From Takakia lepidozioides (taxonomy: Eukaryota > Plantae > Bryophyta): a stretch of DNA of 64,000 nt. The notes beneath the pieces were generated by a model, which searched no databases, was not told the origin of the DNA, and was given only the letters and a program-made list of their open reading frames with translations. The stretch spans positions 28,582,001 to 28,646,000 of the forward strand of contig CM060731.1 in the NCBI GenBank assembly GCA_030704615.1, given 5' to 3'. Below, piece after piece: positions 51,088 through 64,000 of this stretch; position 1 is the first letter of the stretch, and every line of letters begins with the position of its first letter. Position numbers and translations under genes: made by a program.

Positions 51088-52458
51088 TTAACAGCCCATC
51101 ATTTACTATCTATAGAGCTTGCCGCGTTGGTACAATAAAACAATTGTATGTATCCTCTCAGATTTATAACGCCATCATACTCTTCGCAGATCAACAACAT
51201 GCATGTTTCAACCAAAAGACCCGCCAACGTTGAGTTCCTAAGTTAGTACACTTCTAAATGAATGAGATGCATTGCCCCAATTTATGGAAGGTTTAAAACT
51301 GTTGATGCTTTTAATGGACGGTCTGGATGAACCCTAATATATCCAAGGGACTTCGCGACCAAATTACAAAATTGGATGAATGACAAATATACACCTACTA
51401 CATTCAATTCAGTACCCGCAAGGAAGAGGCTTTTTATTTACATTAACTTGGGTGTCTCTCTCTACTACATTCATTGAGAGCCAAAGGTTAATGGACCACA
51501 TAAGACTGCGGTCCGAGAAGACCAAAGATCGCCGGACGTCCTCGTCTGCCCAGCCCGGGGTTGCTCCTGGGTCCCCTGGTGTTGGTCCAGAGTTCCAGGT
51601 CCCCTACAATATAGTTTGTTGCGTCCCGGCCAGGGGGGGCCCCGACCCCTGGGGGGACGGGCGAGACACACGAGCTTCACCGGTGTGAAATAAACAAGGA
51701 TTAGATTGATAGACGAAGGCAGTGATACTGGGGGCCCTACAAATCACATTAGAAACCTTCAAACAATTGTTATGTGCGGTAATGAGCTTTGGGTTAACTT
51801 GCTGAGAGCCAGCAGCTTTTCCATGGGTCGGTCCACCACAGGCATGTGTGCCCCAGTAGAGAATGTGAGACAGTGTGCAGGAAGATAGGGGGAGCAATTG
51901 GGTTACAGTCTACAGCAATTTGATGGGTTCAAACAGGCTGACCATCTCTGCCATAGAAAACTCTGAGAGGTCGAAACACATTGTTCACCAAGAAAAAGTT
52001 CTTAGTGATTCCCAAATGGTGCAAAAGGGAAGAGCCTTACCATACTGGAGCACTAACGCTGAGGAAACATGGAAGACTGGTCGGAAAAACCATGGGCTCC
52101 CGAGACCAAAGTTGTAAAAAGGCAATGCAGTGGTCCCATTGAGCACCCAATACGAAAATGGCGTAAGGCACTGAAGCATGCATGCAGAAGACACAGGATT
52201 TCCTATGGAACGACCCAGTGAATCCCCATGCTGTGGACCAAAAATTTGCCTGCGATGCCACAGGTGTCCCTAACGAAGGTAGTTGGGGCCGGCAGCGCCT
52301 GACTGGAGCGAAGCGCAGCAGCGACTATTGATACCCTGTCCGGGTTGTAGTTGTGACCTCACATGAATTTCGCCCATCAGCGTCTTTAGCGAGTTGACCA
52401 GAAGGTTAAAGCCAGGTGTCTTAGAGTTGCTGGATTCCTGCCCTGCATGGTCCACTCA

Positions 52459-52580
52459 ACATATATATATATATATGTGTATGTAAGGAAACACCCGGAT
52501 CACAAATCAGGTCCCTCAATTCCAGAATTTGAACCCCAGAATTACCTGAGTGGCAGTATCCAACTGAGCTACCGACTGGC
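52459..52580 (-). mobile_element. tRNA-derived SINE with a (TA)n tail
   Basis: Minus strand has box A tagctcagttgg and box B ggttcaaattc, then an unrelated body and tatatata. No full cloverleaf. Confidence 0.65.
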
Positions 52581-53476
52581 TATAATTAACTTCTGTCCAT
52601 TGTGTTGTCTTTGAAAAGAGGTCAATGGTCAATGAAACTTCATTTTAAAGACTTTTACCTGTAAGAGATTCATGTGGAGTCATCTAGAACTCTAGGTCCT
52701 GACCGATCGGCTGCAGAGTTCCCTAGACATGAGGGGCCTTCAGTCAAGTCATGCAGTGGTGGCCCACGTATTAAAATAACACTCCAGGCCGGTTACTGGA
52801 TGGCTGGGGTTGTCTCCCTCTCTCTCCTCTGGTCATGGCTGTGGGCCCCGAAAGTCCGAAGAAGAAACCATCAAATCCTATCGGTAGACTCTGCACCTGC
52901 AACAAATAGCACCAGGCGCACGAATATCTATGGTAGGCCCGAGCAACCCGCCAAACAGAAAAGGGCAGGGGAGAATAGAAGCGGTGAGGGAGGGAGAGAG
53001 AGAGAGAGAGAGATACTCCTTTTCCCCCCATGATAACATTGTCTTGACATACCCTCAAGGGCATATTACCGCGGGTGGTCATCACCTCTGCCAGAGGTAG
53101 ACATCATGCTAGAAACACAATTTTGACTACAGCAGTGCTGTTATAGTTCCCAATGTGACACATGTGGCTGTGAAAAGTGTAACGTTGGTGGGAGGTCTAA
53201 AGTTCTGAAAGACACAGTAGTAGGACCAGAGAGACAGAAAGAAAGAAAGAACGCACCTTGAGAGTAGACAACTCACAAGAGCAACTAGTTTACATGTTGA
53301 AACTATGTCAACAAGGCCCGCATATAGAAGAGGTGCCCAGCATGACACACAACCCTGCCACCAGCTCATCAGTGCATGCTTGAATCAATTCTGGGTATGC
53401 GAGGGCCATCTTACAGTCCTGAAATTCAATTTCTGACAAGGTCCTGACCTTGAAGCCAAATTGTCCTTCTCTCTTA

Positions 53477-56400
53477 TCACGTTATAAAGCACCATTTCAT
53501 TTCATTTCTCTTATCACTTGGTTTGATTCTGATGTGGGATGTAGATGCTCTTTCTCCAGATTCAGGCACTTGATACGATGGCTTATCTCCACTGACTTGA
53601 GATAATTCTGCTGCTCTTGGTTCTGAACAGTCTCTTGAAGACATGCAAGAATCGTGCTGCATGTTTCCAGCTGCTTCCTGGAGAGGAAACACTGACACAG
53701 CCATATATCTTCTTGCTCATTAAACCCAATAAGTCGCGTCTGTTCACAGAGCATGTCCCCCAGTCCCATCTGCTTGCTCACACTGTTGCTTGATGATGAC
53801 TTGCCTCCTTGAAATATTTCCACCTGCACCACTCACACTCCTTTGGGACCTACCATATCCAGATGAGTCTCCATCCTTTGTCCGACACCAGCACCTCCTG
53901 TTTTCCCTCATTGCAAATGTGAGCAGAGGATGGAGTCTCGTCCTATTGGCAGTAGGATAAAAGTTGACATGACCAAAAGCTATAATTTTGTGGCAAACTT
54001 TGGCTCTTCACCTTATCTTCGTATCAGCAATAACTTGCTCATTTCTGGGAGAGAAGGTCAGTGTACACAATTGCTCTGCTATATTGCAGTTAGAATCCAG
54101 GACCACACAATCTCTGGGATTGCGGCCCAACATCCACCTCCAATCTGTTAACTCTACTTGAGTTGGTGTATTCTTTGTCACCACCACCACAAACCAAGTT
54201 CTCTTCTGCGTCCACCCAGAGAGAAAATCCACCAACCGCTGCTAACTGGCCAGGCAATCCATCTAGTGACCTTTTTCGTGTGCTATGCAGAAGAGCCTGC
54301 TCTTGACCAATTTTCTGGAAGAAGCACGTCATACACTGCCTATGGTCCACATGCTCCTAAATGTGTTCCACAAACACTGCCCATAATCTGCATGTGAAAG
54401 CAGAAACCACTTGTGATCAATTAATGCCTCCAAATAAAGCCAATGCTTATGTTCAACATACAGTTTCAACCTGATTGATTATCAAATAATCAAATAAAAA
54501 ACAGCAGTGTTCAAAACAAGCAATGGTCCTCACCAGCAAAAATGACTCCTTCATTGCTGCTTTGAAGAGTTGCAGAAAGCAGAAAACAAAACATGCAGCA
54601 ATAAGAGTACTCAAGCTCCTCAGTTGATGAAGAGAGCCTTCTTGGCCCTGCTCATGCTCCAACTCTCCACATGGCCCTCAAGCTTTAAACTCCAGCTTGC
54701 TTTGGCATAGGTGAAACTACCTTCTCTGTTCAACTGGCATGTGGCTGTATGAGACAAATCCTACTCTAGAGGGTAGGGGCATCATGATGCATAAACAAGT
54801 ACCAAACATTTCAAGTTGGAAGGACAACCAGCATAATCCAGACTTCCGCAGCATTTTCAGCACCAGAACATAGTAGCAATTGAGAAATGAAATGAAATGA
54901 AATGGTGCTTTATTGAGAGAAAGCCCCAAATGATTGTCGTTGCAACCATTCCAAAATTAACATGCTAGCTTGCACGGGTGAGTGTGAACATCTACTTCAA
55001 GCAGTTGAATTGTTAATGCTGGCATTTAGGACTTGCTGCTTGAACCTATCTGAAGAAAATGCTTGATACAGTTTTAAATTTCTTCCCTCAGCTCAGAGAT
55101 TGGAAGTGCACAAAGCACTTCTGCAAACAACTGTTAAACCAATTGTGTGTAGTTTAGCAGAATTTTCTGACAAGAAAACGATGAAACAGATAGCATGAAA
55201 TCTGGCTGCATCCGCTACCAGCATCTTCGCACACCTGTTCTACCAGGAAAACAGCTGTGGGCCTCGCTTTTGAGTGTTTTGGCCTAGTCTCATGAACTCC
55301 TCTGACTTATCTTCATTCTACATATAAACCTGCAAAGTGATTGGATGTGCAGCCAGCAAAGTCAAACAGATCAAGCCTTCAATTTACAAAGTGTTTCATA
55401 TAATGGTGTTTTCTCTACCTCACCCAAGACAGATCAGCTCTCTCATTTAATAGTGGCACCTACAGGAAAATATTGTGGGAGGTAATTGATTTCAAATTAG
55501 ACAATCCGTTCACTGATTGCTGTGTCAACATCAATGCCGATCTGGAAGCCGTCGATCACTGGGAGATGGATAACTCCAGAGTGGTGGATGAAACCACTAT
55601 GCAAATTTAACATTACTCCGTTTCAAAGTAGAATGCAGCAAACAATTACATACCTGCCTTCAGCCAAACGAAAATCTGTACCGAGGTGAAGAGTATGGTT
55701 TTGATGAGCTCTGAACCGATATGCAGCTCTGCTTGCCAATTCTGCCGTCCAGGTCTGCTGTAATTCAAGCTTTTCCCGACTCCCCAACTCATCTACTTCC
55801 GTCAAAGGTTGAATAACCTCATTAAATGACAGGCTCTTAGTTCCTATATGTCGAATCACCACGTTATGGGGCCTCAAAACCAGCCGAGGCGCATGATCTG
55901 CACCTTCTTCCAACGATTCCAGACAATTCAGCGTCTCTCAAAGGCCTGCTCAGATTCCATCCGCCTAATGCAGCGTGACAAGGCACCAATGTCAAAAGCT
56001 GCTCATTCCAGGTTGGCAATCTCATCATGGGTGGTTTTGAAAGAGAGGCGGAGGGAATCAGGACCAAGCAACCCGTTTTTGAAAAGAAAGAGAGGGCAAG
56101 CTCTCTAGACCAAGCAACAGGATTTGAACTGGAGACCTCTCAACTCAGACCCGTTACAGCATCGGTTGACCCTGCGCAATACAGAGCGCCTGAACTTGGG
56201 GCGACCCGTTGAAGAATCGGCTGGGGCTCAGTAGGCGGTCGCTGGGGCCGTGATGAAGCCATCGCTGTCACTACCTTTGAGCTGCTCCATGAGAGCTTCA
56301 CGAGGATGGTCACGAAGTTGCAGCATTTATTTGGCTTCATTGAAAGGGATACCGATCTATAGTAGAGGACAGGTGGTAAACATGACTTTGATGTTGGTGA

Positions 56401-59400
56401 GAGATATCGGTGGGATGCAGGGGTTTAATTGTTTGAACTGCTAGTTTGGACACAGGATGCGGGGATGTTTGTTGAAGGCCAAATTGAGAATCCAGATGCA
56501 GGGATAATATGCGACCGCTAGGCGACGAGGAGTGAATGAGCATCCATTGTGCAGTGACGGAGTGGCTGCTGCTGAACAAAATTACCGCCGTGACTTTCAA
56601 TTATGAAGTAAGTGAAGAAGACTGGTTCCCCTACGAAGTCAAGCCTTGACTATATCCTCTGTCACTGCTCTGTCAATCATTCAGGTCCCTTTCGTCATAT
56701 GTACATGAACAAAAAAGCCTCCCACAATTCTTGCATGCGTTGCTCGTAAGGCTCTCCAGTTTGCCAACACAATGGAAAAGAATGTGCAAGTGTAAGAAAA
56801 TGATGACGAACTCTCTTCAATAGGCTTAACCATACCTTAAAGTAGCACTGGTCGCACCTCTAAGATGCTTACGAACAGTATTAGCAGTTGAGTTGATATA
56901 GATGACATTCTGTATGCCTATTTGCTCACATGTGAGTGGCATGGTACTGGATTTCACAACTAGTTGTGTGAGATCCTTCTTCCTTCACATGTTGGAATGA
57001 GGGACTGATTATAAGCACCTTCCTGTGCTTGTTTGAGTCGATTAAGGGGTGGAACCTGCAAAGCTGCAGAGCCTCTAAAACCACAAGGTCTTTCCCTCTG
57101 ATTCATTGACCAGTTCTCAGTTGATTTTGTGTTGTACACGTAGTGAACAAGGGGCTTAGATAGGATCATAGTCTACCTATCCTTTCCTCTCGATGCAAGA
57201 ATTGTCTCATTTTTCAGGAAGTTTGACCAGGGAGAGCTTTTCAAGCCCTCCTTCCTTTTATAACTACACGGTTCGGGATGGTCTGAAGTTAAAATTAATT
57301 AGCCTACCTCAAGCAGCCTTATCTTTCAGAGGTCTATCTATCGAATACTTGACATGTCCTCTTTCTCAAAATGTGCATCTATCCTGTGACTCAATGTTTC
57401 TGTTCTCTTTTAATTTTTGAACCATGAGAAAGGAGATTTTTTCAAGGCCTCCCTTATCCATTCAAGCAGTTAAGTTGAACTTCTTTCTGTCATATCCTGT
57501 ATGTCCTTGGCCGATGGTCCTTTCCTTTCCATTATTCTATGATTGCTTAAGGATTCACTGCATTGCATAAATGAAGTTTCTTTTCCTACGTATTGTCCAG
57601 ATGGGGATTATATCTTCCTATCTGAGCTTGCTAGTATGCCGAAACCACTTCTTCCATGTAGAAGTGTACATTGTTGATCTCAATGTACTACCAGGAATTG
57701 TGGCCTCCCTTTCTGTCCATCTTACCCTGGAGGAAAGGAGCTACAGGAACCCTATTTCAACGTATCCTTGTTGCAAATCCCTTCAGCACAACAGAAGGAG
57801 CTATGGTGATGAAAGTGGAGGGTAAGTCTGGGCCTTTTATGCACAGATGCTATAACCTGCTGGAGGGGAGTTCCTCTGTGGCCTCAGTGATCTCTACCCT
57901 CAATCTTCTCCATATTTTGTGTGGTCTGATGTTGAATGTTCTTGTATTCATTCCCAGGTTGGGTGCCGGAATCCAGCTTGTGAATTCAGGCCTGTGGAGG
58001 TCTGTGTCCACTTTCTGGAGGTGTTCAGTGCAAGTAGGGCAGCGTCAAAGGAGATGATGGCCCCAAAGTCTTTGATTTGGCAGCTTGCAGCTGCGTCATT
58101 GTGACATTGTTTATCCCTGAACAACCAGCCACACCTCTTCCCAGCTCTTATATAGACATCAGAACTGTAGAATGGATGAGGGGATGGACTCAAGAAGGGG
58201 TGCTCCACACATGGGAGGGAGCTGCTGGTCCTCTGCAGATATGCATCACCAGCCTAGCAGCAGCGAGGCAGCAGTGGGATCAACAGCAATAACCAGCTGA
58301 CTAGGTTGGAAGAAGCTGAGGAATCATGGTCAGCAAGGGTCTGTAACCAGGAATCGGGCAGAAGTCCAGAGTCTAGCAGGCCCTTTGTCTGAAAGCCGTC
58401 TCAAATGTCTCCGAAGCTGGTGGCTGCCCGCTCCTCGGGATCTTGCAGAGTGCAGAGACCTCATCATGAATCATTGCAAGGGCAGTGTAATGGCTTGCAG
58501 AGCTTTAGTGGCAGTCTCAGTGAAACAGAATTGTAGTCTGTAGACATGGGTGCGGAAGATCTGTTGCTCTCCCAAGTAGGCGAGTAATTACATCACAGTG
58601 ACAAAGTGTAGAAACATGAAGTGACCAACAAGTCCCTGTGCAACTAGTCGAGGCTGATGTGGTCCATCACCTGCCGACAGCTGTAGACCCCGAAAAGGCA
58701 TTCTGAGCAGACTTTCTGCAGCAGCTGAAAGACCTCTTTCGCTGCGAACTCTCACCAAAGGTCCCCTTGGCGACAGCGACCCTGGAAAGAACTTGCTGGT
58801 GATGGCAGCAAATCCATGGAGTTAGCGAATGAAGAGACTGAAGGAGGAGAAGGAGGTCTGCGAGAAGGCGCTGGTCCTAATGATGACAGAGTGGGCAGTA
58901 ATGTTTGTACTCTGCTGCCCTGAGATCTGCTCTGCAACACTGGGGCGTGTGGAGGTGGTTGTGAAGGTGATGGTCCTGAAGTGGCTGCTGAATTTGCAAC
59001 TGTTGGCAATGCAAGTGAGAAGAAATTAGAGAACTGGTGGAGTCCAAGTTGTTGGGATTGATGCCGCTATTCCAAGTCTGCTCTCAGTTGCAACTGCAGC
59101 TCCAAGCTGACAGGCACTGGAGGCACTTGTCACCAAACTATGTGTGCTACTGCCCATATATCTGTGTGAAGACCGTTCCTCTAGAGTAGTCGAGCCAGCT
59201 GGCATCCCTGCGTCTCAGGGATGAAGAGCTGCCACTTTTGCCACTTTCAATCAAAGGACTGCCACTCCAGCAGTCAGCCAGAATCCGATCATAGAGGAGG
59301 TTGCTAGAGGAATTACTCTCATCTGTATCCATCGAACACTCAGCTGGTGATGCTCTCCCAGCACTCCAGCTGTCAGGCTGTAGGTCTTAACTTTTGGTTC
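53477..59400 (-). pseudogene. Large degenerate intron-containing gene with SF2 helicase/ATPase-like motifs
   Basis: Manual translation across frameshifts gives SEGKTL (~57090), KVLIISP (~57010), FLFMY/DERD (~56695) and SAAATP (~56565) in SF2 order. Many in-frame stops. Splice-like sites near 55655, 55329, 54388 and 53824. Confidence 0.4.
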
Positions 59401-61561
59401 TCTGTTTATGTTTCTTTCTAATCTCTATTCTTTGTCTTTCTGTGTGAGTTTTCGAGCATGGCCCTGCACACAGTCGGGCAAACTGAGGGGGCTGCGATGC
59501 TCCTTGCTCCAACAACACCACTCCAGCGCGAATGTTTCTTTGAGAACTGGAACCTGCACCAGTACTCCCCATCACAGCCTTCCCAAGACGGCCTTCCTGG
59601 ATGGCTTCAGCATCAACTGCCTAACCGAGAGCCCCCTGCCAGTCCAGGGCTCCTCCAAACCATTGGCCACGGCTGGCAGTTCACCACCTCAGTGAAGTGG
59701 TGTTGCCTGGCAATCCAGCCACTGCGCTGCGACTTCCCACATTCTCCACGACAAGGCCTCCAGATCTCCCTAAAAAAAACTCAGAGGTGCTGCTTCACCA
59801 GACTGGCACTCTCCCAGCTAGGATATCAAGACTGCTGTTCACTGAGAGACCTCCCATTTCCAACAAGGAATCTGTACTGCTGCACGGGTGTCCATGGCCT
59901 GGGAGGATATTATCCTCTTGTGACAAGCCCAGCTGTGTGCTGAGACCCACTGCAAAAATCACTTCTTAATGTTGCAAGTGGTGTGAAGCTGACATGTTGT
60001 CCAAGTAGGCAAGATTCAGGATTGATGCACCTTGATTTTGAGTCTTACAAGGTTCGAGCTACTTCTTTTAGTCATATAATAGGGTTTCATGGTCTGGAGA
60101 ACTTGCTTGTTCTTGACTGCGTCTATATTTGAAAGAATTTGGAAATACTACGCAGGAGAATTGTATACCTTTCAAACTCATGTTTCCTGATGGTAGTTTG
60201 CTATTTAATCACATAATCCATCAAAGTTCAGACTTAACTTTGGATGCTGCATTGATCAGCTCGAGTTAAGCTTGCAGATCTCCAAATTGGAATGTAGAGG
60301 AATCTGTTGCTATGGAAGTAGTGATGCCAAATGTTTTCAGATTTTAGATCATCAGTTCTCCTGTCAGAACCTCAAGGTTTTGTGGACGCTGATTCTTACT
60401 GATAAGGTTGGCCTATGACCTTTGCAGAAACTTCCGATGCCGGAGCCAACACTTTTATTTGGAGGCATGGGTCTGCATGACCAGCATAGCGACCTGCGTC
60501 TTGATGTCGACAATGTCTTATGAGGTCCAATTTTCTCCTACCTCCTGTTTGTGTTCCCCATATGGTAAACGGCGTAAGGTCCGGACATGCAATTTGGGAG
60601 CCTTGTGCATCCACATAGCCCACATTCTTTCTATATAATGTGGGCAGCTCTCACAATGATACACGGTAATGGGGCCTGTACGTTTTTTGTTGCTTTGAGG
60701 ATCAACAACACTAAGCTCTAGTGCAATTAGGATGAAGACAAGCCAGATCGAGTCACTGATGCTCCACATACCAGAATCTGGTACAACTTAGCTACATTTT
60801 GAATAGAAGGTGAGGTCCTAGCTATAAAAGGGAGGTCTCTGGGTCAACTGGTCCAAGTAATGTGTGGTTCAGTTAAAAGAGAGTTGTGGATTATAGCTGG
60901 ATTATAGCAGTGTTTGGCACTTCTGTAGAAGTCACACTCACCAGTCTTGACATCAAACTTTGATAGCACCAGAAACCACACAGGTTTCAATAGGTTGTAT
61001 CAAAAAAAATCCTAGCAGAAATCTGGTTTGTTCATGGTCACATACAACTAGATAGCAGGATTTGAAGCGGGAGAGTATCTTGTGAGTAGATGTGTGAGGA
61101 GTGTGGCGTGAGCATAGAACTTAAAAAAGGAAAACAATGCCAGTAGGTCTCGGGTATCACCTATGGTAGATCAAGCGCCTGTAGGCCGTCTTTCCACGGG
61201 ATTATAAATAGCCTTATGGTAAACTGATACACGCTCATTTCCATGCATATCACACTATTTATATGGTAGATGGTGAGTCCACATGGAACATTTCCACGGA
61301 AATACATATCACCAATGGCTAAGTAGACGGTGAGTCCACATCAGAAGGTAACATTCCATACATAGAGTCAGAAAAAAAAGGGTGAGAGTGAAGTGCCTGC
61401 ACCATCAGTAACAATTGAGTTCAGCGAGGATGTGGACAGAAGAGGAGCACATTGGCTTGGTAGCTGAGCTGGTAGGTGCACAGCATGTCACCTGGTGGTT
61501 CGGGGTTCAAACCCGCTGTCCGGCCCGTGTGTGATTTATTCCAGTGTTGGACCGGTATTAG

Positions 61562-63227
61562 CAGTGTTGGGCGGTTGTTTGATTTCTTTCATAACCTCCT
61601 GTTCCGGTTTTTACAAAATATTAGGATAAAAGAACCTCCGGATCCGGTTTTTCCATATATTTTTAAGCTTCTCACTTAACAATAATAGGGTCATGAATGC
61701 CCGCGTGGCATAAGGGGGTCGCCGAGGGTAGGAGCGCCCCTACCCCAAACTGGCGAGTATGCCCCCATGTGGTCTGCTAGGGTCCACAAAACACATCAGC
61801 TAGTATGTTGGGGCCCACAATATGCACATAAAGCATTAGTTATTGCAAGGGTTTGTAGAAAGTGGTGGGTAGTGTGGTGGTCAGGAGCAATGTATTATAG
61901 ACACAAAGTGTACTGTTTAAATCTTGTCAGGTTGTATTGTGACCATAATGTGTTTTATTAAATATATATTTTGTCGAAGAGTCTGTCGGTTTGTTGGAGG
62001 TTTGCTAGAGGGGGTCTGCCCAGTTTGTTGGGTCTGCTTGGAGGGTTTGCCGGTCTGCTGGAGGGGTGCTGTTCTGTTGGAGGGTCTGCCTGCTTGTCTG
62101 TTAGAAGGTTGGAGTCGGTCTATTGGAGGTCTGCCCAGTCCGCTAGAAAGTCCGCCACGGTAGATGAACAAGGATTTAGAAAAAAATTCAGAATCTGGCC
62201 GACCCGGTGAATGGGCGGCAGGTTTATGAGCTCACCCAAGGGTTGTACTGGCGAGGCCCGCCGTGCATTCATAACCCTATTATTAAAAAATGAGAGGCTA
62301 TTTTTAATGGAAAGAACTGCGTTGTACTGGTATGTACATTTTGGCATAACAAACTCATCATGGAAGGTCCAACTTGGTTGTTGGGTCCGACTGGTAGGGC
62401 CCAGTGCAGATTAGGATGAGCCAGATAGGTTATAGGATGGGTATGGGTATTTTCAATTTTGGCATGGGTATGGCAAAAACTTAAATGACATATTGGGGTT
62501 GTATGTACAATGGTATGGTATACCCCAATAGTCATCATACTGTATTCAAAGTTGGAAATAAAACCAGATTGAGGGCAACATACAAAAGGTAAAAACAAAT
62601 TGCAACCACACATGCCCATGCACACTCATAAATTAGTGAAGGTCTTTGTATTGTAAGGCTGGATTGTAACAAATGGGGAAAAAGTTGGATGCCATGACAA
62701 AAATTGAAGAAATCTTGCATATTGTACCTTGTATGCCATACATTGTACGCCGACCATTGTACGCCATACCTTCTACCCCTCTCATCTCCAAACACTCCCC
62801 CCTGAGTAATGTTCCCAATCGCAGTATTGCTCCGTCAGCTGCTCTGACTCGTATGGTATCAGTTTGGGTATGTTTGGAACCCTAAACCCTAAGTTCTACA
62901 TACACCCGGGGTATAGGTTGCATGACATACCAGCTGGGTTGGTTCTGGCATACCCTTACCTATACCCTTGCACATACCCCGCCGACTGAACCACTGGTTC
63001 TGGTTAATTTTGAGACCTCAAATAACCGGCAGTTTCATCAAATAACCAACGGGTCTTTTGGTGGATCTTTGACGATTTTCAGGTTGGTTATCTCAAAAAC
63101 TACGTAACCAGCGGTTATGAACTTTTGCCGATTCTTTGTTTTTTGGAGAACCACGGTTATATATCCATATAACTTTCTTGATAACCTTCGGAGGTTTGTA
63201 GCTGAATCAAAGAACCTCTCAACATTG
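61562..63227. mobile_element. Inner non-autonomous hAT-like element
   Basis: TIRs cagtgttgggcggtt / aacctctcaacattg; flanks ggtattag / gtatatag; AACC/GGTT subterminal repeats. Confidence 0.6.
61667..62298. mobile_element. Mutator-like MITE, copy 2 (632 bp)
   Basis: TIRs gcttctcacttaacaataatagggtcatgaatgc / gcattcataaccctattattaaaaaatgagaggc. Perfect 9-bp TSD tatttttaa at 61658-61666 and 62299-62307. Confidence 0.9.
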
Positions 63228-63429
63228 GTATATAGGTCCAACTTGGGTATCAATATTGATATCAACCCCGGTGGGTAAGACCGGACACGTTGGATGTGGG
63301 TAGGGTGGCCAATACCCTGGGCAATACCATAATACATACTTCGTTCTGTACTGCGGTATATACCAGGTATTGTGATGGACGAGATTGTTGTTGATACCGG
63401 TATTGTTGCAATGTGAGCCTCTAAATGGC

Positions 63430-63525
63430 ACAATAGTAATAATAATGATAATAGTAATAGTGATAGTGATGACAGTGATAATGATAGTAATAGTGATAGT
63501 AATAGTGATACCAGCAGTAATTGTG
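63430..63525 (+). repeat. Low-complexity (AGTAAT/AGTGAT)n tract
   Basis: Seen directly. Confidence 0.8.
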
Positions 63526-64000
63526 ATCCAGTGTGAAGGTCGGTTTTTTTCAGGTTATTGAGTATTCTCTTGAATATATTGAATATTCTATATACCTACC
63601 CGGGCAATATTCATATTCCTCCCATATGAGAAGGAAAAAATATATATTGATACCCTACTGCTATACATCCACAAATTTTGATTATTGATATCCCTCCTAT
63701 ATCCTATCCGGCCCCCTTACCCCAGTACTAGGACTATACCAGTCTTGGGAAATACGGACCCTTGTGATTCCAAGACCAGTCTGGTATCATATTTTTGTGA
63801 TACCAGTCCAACATTGGTTTGTTCATTGCGGCATTTTTTGTTATGTGTGTCTCATGGCCATAAATGAAAGGGGGTTTATTTTTCCTCCTCCTGGCCTGAA
63901 TTGTGGGCTGTCGATCCCAGGTTTCATTGTCCAAGAAAGAAAAAGAAAAAGAAACAATAGTTTCTAATAGTTTAATTTTAAATAAAATTTGAAATTGATG

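Larger units (their letters stand above)
61542..63816. mobile_element. Outer non-autonomous hAT-like element
   Basis: TIRs cagtgttggaccggtat / ataccagtccaacattg match at 15/17. 8-bp TSD atttattc/gtttgttc matches at 6/8, both differences being transitions. Confidence 0.7.
61454..63955 (+). mobile_element. tRNA-derived SINE split by nested DNA transposons (head 61454-61541; body and A-rich tail 63817-63955)
   Basis: Box A tagctgagctgg and box B ggttcaaaccc. The sequence resumes after the hAT-like element and ends aagaaagaaaaagaaaaagaaa. Confidence 0.6.

Noticed and set aside
51430-52455. L1-like 3' fragment on the minus strand
   Set aside because: Only a faint coding-like signal, with no intact zinc-finger or RT motif to support a call.
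56600-57900. Stops repaired by U-to-C RNA editing
   Set aside because: Such editing is organellar. This DNA is nuclear and also has frameshifts, so ordinary pseudogene decay explains the stops.
61454-61530. Functional tRNA gene
   Set aside because: A and B boxes are present, but there is no convincing acceptor stem or anticodon arm and no poly-T terminator. Treated as a SINE head.
62879-62893. Telomeric repeat aaccctaaaccctaa
   Set aside because: Only about two units inside a transposon relic; not an array.

Overview
Eukaryotic nuclear DNA from a land plant, most likely a non-seed plant such as a bryophyte (inferred from spliceosomal introns, PLS-type PPR relics and Tcn1/sushi-like chromoviruses). 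Six apparently intact genes are supported: a strictosidine synthase-like gene, a PNET1/TMEM209-like nuclear envelope gene, a DCD+Kelch gene, a CENP-V/GFA-like gene, a DnaJ-type Zn-finger gene and an EAR-motif AP2/ERF gene. Between them lie many mobile elements and relics: LINE fragments, a truncated and a two-LTR chromovirus, a gag relic split by the latter, a piggyBac-like TIR element, Mutator-like MITEs, nested hAT-like elements, tRNA-derived SINEs, PPR and dehydrogenase fragments, and a long degenerate gene with SF2 helicase-like motifs. The strongest finds are (1) a TTAA-flanked piggyBac-like element, (2) an LTR element whose primer-binding site is an exact 11-nt complement of its own predicted 5' RNA end (Tf1-like self-priming), and (3) a four-level SINE>hAT>hAT>MULE nest. 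All homology calls come from motif recognition, not from database searches.
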